DNA of 64,000 nt, taken from positions 8,535 through 72,534 of the forward strand of contig JAGWVF010000004.1 in the NCBI GenBank assembly GCA_018971045.1, in the 5' to 3' direction. Numbering within the stretch: the stretch's first letter is position 1; each line of letters begins with the position of its first letter. Position numbers and translations under genes: made by a program. Origin of the DNA: Patescibacteria group bacterium. Its GTDB lineage: Bacteria; Patescibacteriota; Minisyncoccia; Phycocordibacterales; Phycocordibacteraceae. Shown piece by piece: positions 44,010 through 53,130 of this stretch. The notes beneath the pieces are model-generated. The model was not told the origin of the DNA. It saw only the letters and a program-made list of their open reading frames with translations, and did no database searches.

Positions 44010-45302
44010 CTACTCCCTTTTCTTCCACGCTTTTTCTTGGCGGACGAGGAGCGTGCGGTCGGCGGGATTGGCGAGCAAAGCTTCCACGACGCGCTCGATT
44101 CGGATTGACTGCGATCCCTTAACGAGCAGAACGTCGCCTTCTCGAATAAGTTTGGGGAGCGCCTCGGCGGCCGTGCGCGCATTATCGTACTGTACGACCT
44201 CGGCGTGAGCGGGCGCAACGGTAAACGCTCGAGCGCGGATGCCCACCGCCGCCACGAGATCGGCCGACTGATCCGCGATGGCGGCGATGCGTTGATGCTC
44301 CTTCACGGAGTAGCGGCCGAGTTCGAGCATGTCACCGAGAACGGCGATGCGGCGCTTCGCGCGAGGAAACGTTTTAAGCGTGGCGAGCGCCTGTTCCACG
44401 GCGGCCGGCGACGCGTTATACGAATCGTCAATGATCACGGTGCCGTTTCGGCCGTGGAGCAGGCGCCCGCGGCCCGGCGGCGGCTCATAGGCCTCAAGAG
44501 CGGCGAGAGACTCCGAAAGCGGAATATTGAAGGCGATTCCAGCCGCAATCGCCGCCGCCGCCGGCAGAAGCTGGGTATGGCCGACGGAGCCCTTCACGAC
44601 CACCTCTCCTTTCTGTTCAGGAATCCCCGAGTCAGACGCGATTTCAATCACCGCCCGCATGCCGATGATGCGCTGTTCCGATTCGTAGAAATCCTCGCCG
44701 ACAAGACGCACAGCGGCGCCTTCGGCGGTACCGTAGGAGAAAATGCGCGCCGGCGTACGGATCGCGCTGTGAAGCGTATAGCTGTCATCCGCAGGAATGA
44801 TGAGCGGCGCGGATGCTTGGAGCGCGTACGCAGGGGAAAATTCTTCTTCTCGAACGGCCTCGGGCGAAGCGTACGCCTCCACGTGGACGGGGATTTCCGG
44901 CAAACAAGTTACCACGACCGCGTCAGGCGCCACCATCTTCAAGATATGGGCGAGATCGCCCGGTTTCCCCGATCCCACTTCAAGCACCAGCATGTTCGGA
45001 TAATGATTCGGCAAGAAGAGGAGCGCCAGCGCGCGTTTCAAGACCGCAAACCACGCGAATGGATTGCGCCACGGATTATCAACGCCAAGAACGGTGAAAG
45101 GGACGCCGAACTCGCTGTTAAAACTTTTATCGCTTTTCCGTACGAGGAAGCGGGTCATAAGCACCGCCGCTACCGCGTCTTTGGTTGACGTCTTCCCTAC
45201 CGAACCGGTTACCATGACGACTTTCGGCTTGTAGCGCCGAATCACGGCTCTCGCGAGGATCGCGAGGAGAAATCCGACCATTCGTTTCGATATTTTTTTC
45301 AT
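44010..45302 (-). CDS. murF: Mur ligase, MurF-like (UDP-MurNAc-tripeptide--D-Ala-D-Ala ligase)
   Basis: VTGSVGKTSTK P-loop; Mur ligase middle and C-terminal domains; sits after ftsI in the dcw order. Confidence 0.75.
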   Translation of the reverse strand: MKKISKRMVGFLLAILARAVIRRYKPKVVMVTGSVGKTSTKDAVAAVLMTRFLVRKSDKSFNSEFGVPFTVLGVDNPWRNPFAWFAVLKRALALLFLPNHYPNMLVLEVGSGKPGDLAHILKMVAPDAVVVTCLPEIPVHVEAYASPEAVREEEFSPAYALQASAPLIIPADDSYTLHSAIRTPARIFSYGTAEGAAVRLVGEDFYESEQRIIGMRAVIEIASDSGIPEQKGEVVVKGSVGHTQLLPAAAAIAAGIAFNIPLSESLAALEAYEPPPGRGRLLHGRNGTVIIDDSYNASPAAVEQALATLKTFPRAKRRIAVLGDMLELGRYSVKEHQRIAAIADQSADLVAAVGIRARAFTVAPAHAEVVQYDNARTAAEALPKLIREGDVLLVKGSQSIRIERVVEALLANPADRTLLVRQEKAWKKRE

Positions 45303-47053
45303 ACGTTCGACGAAGCTGTGGCAGACGCTCGCTCGCTGAGGTTCCGATCGGGCGGCACTCCGTAATAGTCAATCAAATAGTGCACGAGGTCAAGGAACGT
45401 CGAGTCGAGGGTTTCAGACGCGTACTCGACTCCCTTGGGATCGTTGGTATAGAGCAGGATCGCGAACCGTGGAGCATACGAAGGGAAAAATCCGAAAAAT
45501 GAATGGAAATATCGATTGGTATAGTAACCGCCCTTCCCGTCGGTAAGCTGGGCGGTGCCGGTCTTTCCGGCGACGGACATGGTCGGAATCATCGCTTTTC
45601 CGTTCTCAAGCTTCTGGTCGACGAGAGTGGTCATCATTGTCGCCACTTCTTGCGCGGCGGTTTTCGAGAATACGGGCGTCGTTTGACTCCAATCGATAGC
45701 GCGATCAATCCCCGAGTTCAACCGCATCGCCCGCACCAAGTGCGGCTTAACCATCGCGCCGCCGTTCGCGATCGCTCCGAGCGCGCGCATCATCTGTATC
45801 GGCGTTACCGCGATGCCCTGCCCGTAAGCCGCCGTATCGTAACCGATCTGTTGCGGCTTTGAGAGATTTGAAAGGAGCGCGTGCCCTTCATTCGGCAGAT
45901 CGATACCTGTTTTTTGTCCGAAATATTTAGTGAAATAATCATGGAATTTTGCCTTCCCCAGCTGAGTCGCGACCCACGCCGCGCCTACGTTGAGCGACTG
46001 AATGATGATTTGCGGCATCGCGATAACTCCCCGGCCTTTCAAATCCCAGTTGCAAATCGATTTGGTATCAACCGTGATGCAGCCGACATCCGGGTACGTC
46101 GTTTCAGGCGTAACGACTCCGGCGTCGAGTGCGGCCGCCATCGTGAGCGGCTTCATCGTCGAACCGAATTCATACACGTGTTCGACGAGCGGATTGCCGA
46201 GCCGCGCCGGATCGACGTTCTGCAAGTCGTTCGCGTCATACGACGGAACTGAAGCCATCGCGATGATGGCGCCGGTAGCCGGATCCATCACGATGCCGCC
46301 GGTCTCCTTGCTCGCATAGCGTCCATTCACTTTCGCGATATCGCTTTCCAGCCGCGTCTGGACCTCAGGTTCAATCGTCGTGAGCAGATCGCCCTCGCGT
46401 ATATCTTTGGCATTAACGAGCATATTGCCTACATTAGAAAAGAGTTCCGCAAAGAAATTCTTGTAGAGCGCGTCGCCGGACCGCGACAGCGTTCCGTCGT
46501 ACGTAGTTTCGATGCCGGTCTGACCGACAAGCGTATCGCCGGAGCCGTACGACACGATGCCGATCGACGGCGCGGCGAGCGATCCGCCGGGATAGTAGCG
46601 CCAGCTCTCCTTGAGGACCTGCACGCCGGGTATGCCGAGAGCGGCGAGACGCTTCCCGCCGTCGTCTCCGATATGGTGAGCGACTTCGATATACACCTGT
46701 TGTTTCTTCGCGGCCGCGGCGAGAAAAGCGTCGTGCGTCAGGGTTGACGAGGACACGGCGCTGATGGCCGCATAAGCTGCCTCCGGATCCCGGATCGTCT
46801 GAGGGTTGATTGCGGCGAGAAACCCGGTCGAGAGCGTCGCCGCCGATATCAGAGCTCCGTCTTTTCGGGTAAAGAAGATCGAGCCGCGATCAAAGAGTCC
46901 GCTGCCGCCGGAAGCGAATTGCCGGTCGGCTCTTTCCGCGTACTCATCGCCGTGCACGATTTGAATGAAATAGAGGCGAACGATCACCGCGAGAGTGATG
47001 AACGCGATAATACCGAACGCGATGCGGATGCGGATGCGGAACTGCGCGCGCAT
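45299..47053 (-). CDS. ftsI: Class B penicillin-binding protein (FtsI-type transpeptidase)
   Basis: N-terminal TM helix; STMK (SxxK); SLN; KTGT motifs. Confidence 0.85.
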   Translation of the reverse strand: MRAQFRIRIRIAFGIIAFITLAVIVRLYFIQIVHGDEYAERADRQFASGGSGLFDRGSIFFTRKDGALISAATLSTGFLAAINPQTIRDPEAAYAAISAVSSSTLTHDAFLAAAAKKQQVYIEVAHHIGDDGGKRLAALGIPGVQVLKESWRYYPGGSLAAPSIGIVSYGSGDTLVGQTGIETTYDGTLSRSGDALYKNFFAELFSNVGNMLVNAKDIREGDLLTTIEPEVQTRLESDIAKVNGRYASKETGGIVMDPATGAIIAMASVPSYDANDLQNVDPARLGNPLVEHVYEFGSTMKPLTMAAALDAGVVTPETTYPDVGCITVDTKSICNWDLKGRGVIAMPQIIIQSLNVGAAWVATQLGKAKFHDYFTKYFGQKTGIDLPNEGHALLSNLSKPQQIGYDTAAYGQGIAVTPIQMMRALGAIANGGAMVKPHLVRAMRLNSGIDRAIDWSQTTPVFSKTAAQEVATMMTTLVDQKLENGKAMIPTMSVAGKTGTAQLTDGKGGYYTNRYFHSFFGFFPSYAPRFAILLYTNDPKGVEYASETLDSTFLDLVHYLIDYYGVPPDRNLSERASATASSNV

Positions 47054-47056
47054 ACC

Positions 47057-47344
47057 TTAGCGAACAGCCGTCACGCTTTTTGCGGGAACGTAGAGTTTCG
47101 CCGAAGGCAGAGCGTAACCGTCGGCGGCGTAATCTGTATCCGTGATGGCCGCTATGGATGCGAGATATCGCGAATCGAGCGCGGCGACGCTCGATTCGTC
47201 ATTCTTGATCGATTGCGAGAACTCGATCGTGAGCGACGCATAGCTCATGACTACGGCGATAAGGCCGATATATACGACAAAGAGGCCGCTTACGATCCCC
47301 GCGCACCACTGAAGCAGGGAAATGTTTTTAAACGGCATACGCAT
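47057..47344 (-). CDS. ftsL: FtsL-like small bitopic membrane protein
   Basis: Single TM helix WCAGIVSGLFVVYIGLIAVVM; between rsmH and ftsI; start chosen at M46 of the track ORF to limit overlap with rsmH. Confidence 0.5.
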   Translation of the reverse strand: MRMPFKNISLLQWCAGIVSGLFVVYIGLIAVVMSYASLTIEFSQSIKNDESSVAALDSRYLASIAAITDTDYAADGYALPSAKLYVPAKSVTAVR

Positions 47345-48281
47345 AAGCGGTTGCGGGATGCGCTGAATCGAGCAAGGGGACGGCGACAGAACGCTCGAAA
47401 ACGCGGAGCTTCGCGCTGCGAGCGCGCCGATTCGTAAGAATTTCCCGGTGAGTAGGAATGATGGGTTTTTTTGGTTCAAGCGAGCCGATTCCGGCGGCGG
47501 CCGCTTCGCGCAAAATGGCCTTTACGATGCGGTCTTCGATGCTGTGGAACGTGATCACCGCGAGCCGTCCGCCCGGAGCGAGCGCGAGAAGCGCCGCCGC
47601 AAGCCCTTCGCGCAAACTTCCGATCTCGTCATTCACCGCGATGCGGAGCGCCTGAAAGCTTTTCGTCGCCGGATGAAGCTTCTTTCTGCGGTACCAAGCG
47701 GGAACGCCCGCCTCGATCGCCGCGACAAGCGCTCCCGTCGTCAAGATCCGCTCTTTCGTGCGAGCGGCGACGATCGATTTCGCAATACCGCGCGCGAACC
47801 GCTCTTCGCCGTAAATGAAGAGCATGTCGGCGAGCTCTTGTTCGGAAGCGGTGTTCACGATATCAGCCGCCGTGTCGCCGCTCTCGCTGTACGTCATGAT
47901 CAGCGGATCATCGCTTTGGAATGAAAATCCGCGCGGCGCCGCGATTTGATATCCGCTCCACCCCAGATCAAAAAGAAACGCGTCGACCGACCCGATACCG
48001 AGCCGCTCGAGAATGCGCGCGAGGTTGCGGAAATTGTCGTTGATGAGATGCGTGATGGGGCGCTCCGGGCGCCGATCGAGCGCAAAGGCTTCGCGGGCGC
48101 GTTCGACGGCGGCCGAATCGGCGTCAATACCCACGATCACGCCGCCCTCGCCAAGAGCTGAGAGGAGCTCCGAGAAGTGTCCGGCTCCGCCGAGCGTCGC
48201 ATCAACGACCGTGTCGCCGGACTTCACGACAAGAGCATCGATCACTTCCCGCATCAGAACGCTGTCATGCTTCGCTTCCAT
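47328..48281 (-). CDS. rsmH: 16S rRNA (cytosine1402-N4)-methyltransferase
   Basis: HDSVLMREVIDAL...DATLGGAGHF SAM motif; start at M39 of the track ORF. Confidence 0.9.
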   Translation of the reverse strand: MEAKHDSVLMREVIDALVVKSGDTVVDATLGGAGHFSELLSALGEGGVIVGIDADSAAVERAREAFALDRRPERPITHLINDNFRNLARILERLGIGSVDAFLFDLGWSGYQIAAPRGFSFQSDDPLIMTYSESGDTAADIVNTASEQELADMLFIYGEERFARGIAKSIVAARTKERILTTGALVAAIEAGVPAWYRRKKLHPATKSFQALRIAVNDEIGSLREGLAAALLALAPGGRLAVITFHSIEDRIVKAILREAAAAGIGSLEPKKPIIPTHREILTNRRARSAKLRVFERSVAVPLLDSAHPATAYAYAV

Positions 48282-48282
48282 A

Positions 48283-48708
48283 TCATTTGGTATCAACTTT
48301 CTCGGCAAACGATTCGGCGTCGCGTTCGATTGCCGCGGTGTACGCCTTCCACGCTCCCTCCTCCCAGATCTCGACCCGATCCGCGACGCCGGCAATAATC
48401 ACGCTCTCTTTCAAAGCGGCATAAACCTTCAAATGTTCGGGAATGAGCACGCGCCCCGACTTATCGACCTCGACCTCAAAGGAACCGGCGAGAAAAAGCC
48501 GCGCAAGGCCGCGGCGCGCGGCACCCCCATTAGCGTCTGCGGCATGAAGCTTCGCCTCTTTCTCCCACGCTCTGCGCGAGAACACGTACAAGCAATGATC
48601 AAGGCCGCGCGTTATGACAACGGCGCGGCCGAGATCCTTCCGAAATTTCGAAGGCACCGAGATTCGGTTTTTGACATCAAAAGTGTGTAGGTATTCTCCG
48701 AGGAACAT
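48283..48708 (-). CDS. mraZ: Transcriptional regulator MraZ
   Basis: MFLGEYLHTFDVKNRISVPSKFRKDL duplicated MraZ/SpoVT-AbrB motif; start at M20 of the track ORF. Confidence 0.9.
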   Translation of the reverse strand: MFLGEYLHTFDVKNRISVPSKFRKDLGRAVVITRGLDHCLYVFSRRAWEKEAKLHAADANGGAARRGLARLFLAGSFEVEVDKSGRVLIPEHLKVYAALKESVIIAGVADRVEIWEEGAWKAYTAAIERDAESFAEKVDTK

Positions 48709-48730
48709 AGTGGCTATGGTGAGATCCTGC

Positions 48731-48758
48731 GGGAGACTCGCCACCACTCGAGTCTCCC
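48731..48758 (-). promoter_or_regulatory. Perfect 10-bp inverted repeat GGGAGACTCG-N8-CGAGTCTCCC in the mraZ 5' leader (23-50 nt upstream of the ATG)
   Basis: Seen in sequence; forms a stable stem-loop in the minus-strand transcript; not followed by a U-tract. Confidence 0.5.
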
Positions 48759-48778
48759 ACTTCACTTACCATAAGTGG

Positions 48779-48820
48779 ATTATATCCCACTCTGCCCCAC
48801 CGCGAAAACCATTATCCACA
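48779..48820 (-). promoter_or_regulatory. mraZ promoter (perfect TATAAT on the minus strand) overlapped by three GTGG(G/A) direct repeats at ~10-bp periodicity; putative MraZ operator
   Basis: Plus-strand ATTATA at 48779..48784 (TATAAT on minus); CCCAC at 48786-90 and 48796-800; TCCAC at 48815-19 (GTGGG/GTGGA on minus); E. coli MraZ binds phased GTGGG repeats. Confidence 0.45.
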
Positions 48821-48943
48821 CACCTGAAACCCGGACGATTTTAAGGTTGTTCTAGTGGGTAGAAAGCACCTTGGAGCCTTTTCTAGAGACACGTACTTGT
48901 CTCGCTGGTTCGACCGAATCAGCTTAGCCATCACCGTTTCCCT

Positions 48944-49123
48944 ATGAAAATACTCCGCGCATTGGGGCTTGGGATCTTTTTGGCCACCGTACTTCTCTTT
49001 ATGCCGGCCGTCTTTGCGGAGCTCTCAAAGACGCTCATCATCTTCTTGAAGAGTGCTCAGCAGTCCTTCGCCGCCGCCGGTATTCTCGCCTCGTACGCGA
49101 GCCATCTCCCACCTCCCCGATAA
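48944..49123 (+). CDS. Candidate 59-aa secreted or membrane small protein (signal-peptide-like N-terminus); below the ORF-track cutoff
   Basis: MKILRALGLGIFLATVLLFMPAVFA-ELSKTLIIFLKSAQQSFAAAGILASYASHLPPPR; GC3-rich codons consistent with coding; no obvious SD. Confidence 0.3.
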   Translation: MKILRALGLGIFLATVLLFMPAVFAELSKTLIIFLKSAQQSFAAAGILASYASHLPPPR

Positions 49124-49157
49124 ATCAAAAGCCGTCCTACTACTCGAGGACGGCTTT
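49118..49157 (-). terminator. Rho-independent terminator of lysS (AAAGCCGTCC-N10-GGACGGCTTT; U-rich on the minus strand)
   Basis: 10-bp perfect stem 30 nt after the lysS stop; minus-strand tail UUUUGAUUUAU. Confidence 0.65.
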
Positions 49158-49186
49158 CGTCGGCATAGTAGTAAAAGTATACCTCC

Positions 49187-50641
49187 CTACCGTGGACGCA
49201 GGAGCGGGAAAATCTGCGCTTCTCGGATTGACACGCCCTCGAGAGTGCTGAAGAGCCGCTCCGAAACGCCGAAACCGAACGTTGGCGGCATGCCGTATTC
49301 CATCGCTTCGACGTAGTCAGCGTCGTTCATCTGCGCTTCGTCGTCGCCCGCGTCGCGAAGATTCTGTTGGCGGGTGAAGCGGCCGGCCTGGTCGACGGGA
49401 TCATTGAGCTCGCTGAATCCTTTCCCCATCTCTGATCCCGCAAGAATCACCTGAAAGCGCTCGACGACCCGCGGATCCTTCGAGTTGCGCTTCGCTAACG
49501 TCTCCATGTAGACCGGAACGTTCACGAGGAAACCGGGGCCGCCCAGAGTCTTCCGGATCTGTTTCCAGAGGAGATCAACGCCGCGCTCGAGATTAAAGCC
49601 GTTCGCATCATACGCAAGATGCTTCGCGTCGAGTACCGCGCGCGCCTCTTCCGCTGACGTCGCGAGCGGATCGAGACCGTACTCTTTCTTTATCAATTCG
49701 CAAAAATCATACGCCTGCCACTCTGCGTCGAGATCGATTTCGAAGCCTTTAATCGTGAAGTTTCGCGTCCCGTACGTCTCATCCGCAACGAAGCGATACA
49801 GCTCTTTGACCATCTCCATTCCCGTTTCGTAGTTCTCGAATGCTTCGTAAAATTCAATCTGCGTGTAATCCTGCGCGTGTTCCGCCGACATTCCTTCATT
49901 CCGAAAGATGCGCCCAATTTCAAATGTTTTCGGAAGGCCGGCCACCATGAGCCGCTTCTGCCAAAGTTCGCCGGCCGAGATGCGCAGGTATACATCCATA
50001 TCAAGCGCGCGGTGGCGAGTCGCGAAGGGGCGCGCATCGGCTCCGCCAGTCGTCGTCTCGAGTACGGGCGTCTCGACTTCGACAAAGCCGCGATCAAGGA
50101 GGAATCGGCGAAAACTGTTCCAGAACACCGAACGGCGCTTCACGCGCTCTGCAAGATCCTCGGTAAGGAGGATGTCGAGATACCGCTTGCGGAAACGCTC
50201 GTCTTCGTCTTTAATTCCGAACCACTCGTCGGGCAGAGGGCGGAGCGACTTCGCGAGCATCCGCCAGCTCGAGACGTCAAGGGACCGCTGTCCGCGTTTC
50301 GTGGTGTAGGCGACGCCGCGGCATTCGATGAAATCGCCCTGATCGACCGTGTCGAGAAAGAGATCGTACGCCGCTCCGAGCTTTTCCGTCTGGAGATATC
50401 CCTGCACTTTTTCTCCGTCAAAAAGATCAACGAAAAGAGCGCCGCCGTGTCCGCGCACGGAGAGTATCCGGCCCGCAAGAGTAACCGATTCCTGCGATTG
50501 TTCAAATGCCGCGTACTCCTTTAAGAACGCTTCAATCGTATGCGTACGATTCGTTGCGGCCGGATACGCTTCCATCCCCGCCGCTTTGAGTTTCTCAATC
50601 TTCGCGAGCCGCTCGGCCCGTACCGTGTCGAGGAGAGACAT
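49187..50641 (-). CDS. lysS: Lysyl-tRNA synthetase (class II)
   Basis: N-terminal OB anticodon-binding domain; class II motifs 1-3 (FRNEGMSAEH...). Confidence 0.95.
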   Translation of the reverse strand: MSLLDTVRAERLAKIEKLKAAGMEAYPAATNRTHTIEAFLKEYAAFEQSQESVTLAGRILSVRGHGGALFVDLFDGEKVQGYLQTEKLGAAYDLFLDTVDQGDFIECRGVAYTTKRGQRSLDVSSWRMLAKSLRPLPDEWFGIKDEDERFRKRYLDILLTEDLAERVKRRSVFWNSFRRFLLDRGFVEVETPVLETTTGGADARPFATRHRALDMDVYLRISAGELWQKRLMVAGLPKTFEIGRIFRNEGMSAEHAQDYTQIEFYEAFENYETGMEMVKELYRFVADETYGTRNFTIKGFEIDLDAEWQAYDFCELIKKEYGLDPLATSAEEARAVLDAKHLAYDANGFNLERGVDLLWKQIRKTLGGPGFLVNVPVYMETLAKRNSKDPRVVERFQVILAGSEMGKGFSELNDPVDQAGRFTRQQNLRDAGDDEAQMNDADYVEAMEYGMPPTFGFGVSERLFSTLEGVSIREAQIFPLLRPR

Positions 50642-50667
50642 ACGAAGATACTCTAGCACGAGCCGGC

Positions 50668-51141
50668 CTAGCTCACCTTCTCGATCGTATATGTCTGTCT
50701 GCCCGACGGAGTTTCGAATGTGAAGACATCGCCCTTCTTCTTCCCCATCAAGGCGGCGCCCAAGGGCGAGACGTGCGAGAGCTTCTTCACCCGCATGTCG
50801 GCCTCCTCGCTCCCGACGATCGTATATTCGTGAACTTCGTTATTTCCTTCGCGCTTGATCGCGACGATGGAATTGAAGCTCACTTCATTTTTCTTCTTCC
50901 CGTCCGTGAGAATCTTGGTGTTCTTCACGAGTTCTTCAAGCTTCTTGATGCGCTCCTCGGTCGCGGCCTGCAGATCCCGCGCCTCCTGATACTCGGCGTT
51001 CTCCGAGAGGTCGCCGAGCGATCGAGCATACTCGAGATTCTTTGCGATCTCGGTGCGCCGCACTGTTTTTAAATGTTCGAGCTCTTTCACCATCTCGTCG
51101 AATTTCTCCTGCGAGACAAAAGTTTCTTGTGCGTCAGCCAT
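50668..51141 (-). CDS. greA: Transcription elongation factor GreA
   Basis: Coiled-coil N-terminus ...RSLGDLSENAEYQEARDLQ; C-terminal FKBP-like domain. Confidence 0.9.
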   Translation of the reverse strand: MADAQETFVSQEKFDEMVKELEHLKTVRRTEIAKNLEYARSLGDLSENAEYQEARDLQAATEERIKKLEELVKNTKILTDGKKKNEVSFNSIVAIKREGNNEVHEYTIVGSEEADMRVKKLSHVSPLGAALMGKKKGDVFTFETPSGRQTYTIEKVS

Positions 51142-51193
51142 ATTCGTTCGAGTATTGTACGTGCCCTGATATATTACGCAAGTGTTACGTTCG

Positions 51194-52882
51194 TCAACGC
51201 GAAGCCGTCGTCGAAGCGCCGCCGACATAGGGAGAGTTTTGAGTATGCAACGTATCGAAGAATCGCGCCATCACGTTCACCGATTGTTCGCCTGCGCCCT
51301 GTGGCCCGCGCTCAAGCACGACCGCGAAGGCGTATTGCGGATGATCATACGGGAAGAATCCCACCACCCACGAATTGTCATACTGATTCTTCGTTCCGGT
51401 CTGTGCCGTACCCGTCTTCGCGGCAACCGAAATATACGGGAGATTGATCGCACCCGCGAGCGCGCTCGTCACGCCCAGGCGCATGCCGGAGCGCGCCACC
51501 GCGAGCTGATTCGGATCAACCGGAATTGTCGTGAAAGTCGCCGGCGTATCCGCGAGCAGAGTCGGCGTGTAGAGGGTGCCGCCGTTCGCGATCGCGGCCG
51601 TCGCGCGCGCCATCTGAATCGGCGTTACCTGCATCGCGTATTGTCCGATTGCCGTAAAATAAGTGTCGCCGAGATACCACGGCTCGTGGAAAGTCGCCTG
51701 CTTCCACGCCGGCGTAGGGACAAGCCCCTGAGCCTCGCCGGAGAGGTCTATGCCGGTCGTGCTGCCGAGGCCGAAAGTGCGATACCAGTAATCGAGTCGA
51801 TCGATGCCCAGGCCTTTCTGATTTTTAAAACCGCCGCCGACAGTGTAGAAAAAAATGTCAGAGGACCAAGCGATCGCCTTTTCGACATCCACGGGGCCGA
51901 GCGCCTTCCATCCGGTATACACGTATTTCTTTCCGGGATTGTAAGGGTCGTCAATCGAGATCAACCCAGGATCGTTGATGACGGTGCTCGGCGTAATAAT
52001 GCCGTCCGTGAGCGCTCCGGAAGCGACGATCGGTTTCACGATCGATCCGGGCGCATACACGCCTTGCACGGCGTGATCGAGATACGGCCGTCCGGGATTC
52101 GCGCCATAGCTTTCGATAAGATTCGCCGGCCCTCCGCTCGCCATCACATTTGAATCGTAGGTCGGCCACGAGACGAGCGCCCGAACGGCGCCGCTTCTGA
52201 CGTCAAGAATGACGCCGGCGCCGGCGAGAAAGCGTTGCGCATCGGCGATGTCAGATATCGCGCCAAAGAGCGCCTGCTCGAGCGTTACGTCGATCGATAA
52301 TTTGAGCGTTCCTCCTTCTTTTGCCGGAACGACGCTTCCTTGCGAGCGAATATTCCCGAGCGCGTCCGTCTCCGAGAGGAGCTGGCCGTTCTGTCCCGCA
52401 AGAAGAGCGTCATACTCCGCCTCGAGGCCCGTCACGCCGGTTTCGTTCGTAGTATAGTAGACGCCGTGAATATCTTTTTTCGGATACGTGACGTATCCGA
52501 GTACCTGACTGAGCGACGGATACGCGTAGCTGCGGATCATCGTGCCGTCCCCCTTTTCGATGTTTTCGGCGAGCACGGTTCCGTGCATGTCGGTAATGAC
52601 GCCGCGCGGCGCAAAAAGAGTGACCACCGAGAGAACGTTGTGGGCGCTCCGTTCGGCGAATGCGGGGCCGTGCACGATCTCTCTATCCCAAGCGCGGGCG
52701 ACGAGCACGAACATGAGAATCGTCAAGCCGGCGAGGACGCCGAAGAACGTCGAACGCGGCAACGGCGATTCCAGCCTTCCTTCGAAACGCGCGCGATCAA
52801 ATTCCGACACGTTCGTCGCGTCAAGAAAAATGTCTTCCGGAGCAATCTCAGAATTTCGCCGCCGTGTTCGTCGCCAGAGCAT
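51194..52882 (-). CDS. mrdA: Penicillin-binding protein 2 (elongasome class B transpeptidase)
   Basis: TM helix; SIVK (SxxK); SSD/SxN-like; AKTGTAQ (KTG); downstream of mreBCD. Confidence 0.85.
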   Translation of the reverse strand: MLWRRTRRRNSEIAPEDIFLDATNVSEFDRARFEGRLESPLPRSTFFGVLAGLTILMFVLVARAWDREIVHGPAFAERSAHNVLSVVTLFAPRGVITDMHGTVLAENIEKGDGTMIRSYAYPSLSQVLGYVTYPKKDIHGVYYTTNETGVTGLEAEYDALLAGQNGQLLSETDALGNIRSQGSVVPAKEGGTLKLSIDVTLEQALFGAISDIADAQRFLAGAGVILDVRSGAVRALVSWPTYDSNVMASGGPANLIESYGANPGRPYLDHAVQGVYAPGSIVKPIVASGALTDGIITPSTVINDPGLISIDDPYNPGKKYVYTGWKALGPVDVEKAIAWSSDIFFYTVGGGFKNQKGLGIDRLDYWYRTFGLGSTTGIDLSGEAQGLVPTPAWKQATFHEPWYLGDTYFTAIGQYAMQVTPIQMARATAAIANGGTLYTPTLLADTPATFTTIPVDPNQLAVARSGMRLGVTSALAGAINLPYISVAAKTGTAQTGTKNQYDNSWVVGFFPYDHPQYAFAVVLERGPQGAGEQSVNVMARFFDTLHTQNSPYVGGASTTASR

Positions 52883-53130
52883 CAGATGATCATACCCGTT
52901 CGCAGTCGACTGCGCACGAAAGAGAGTGCGCCCGCCGCGATCGCTCCGTACAGCGTAAACTTCGGAGCGGTATGAAGCGCGGGAGTGTAGTAGAACATAT
53001 CGGCGAAGATGCCGACGGCGAGCGGCACGAGCGGCTCCATCATCCCGCCAAGCAACGCGAGAAGCGCCGTGCACGGCCACGGTAAATAGAGCGCTGAGAG
53101 AAATGAGAACAGGATGAGACCGGCGATCAT
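52882..53130 (-). CDS. mreD: Rod shape-determining protein MreD-like
   Basis: Small polytopic membrane protein between mreC and mrdA; overlapping start/stop codons with both neighbours. Confidence 0.5.
   Translation of the reverse strand: MIAGLILFSFLSALYLPWPCTALLALLGGMMEPLVPLAVGIFADMFYYTPALHTAPKFTLYGAIAAGALSFVRSRLRTGMII

Noticed and set aside
44205-45188. 327-aa plus-strand ORF
   Set aside because: Antisense to murF; R/H-rich low-complexity.
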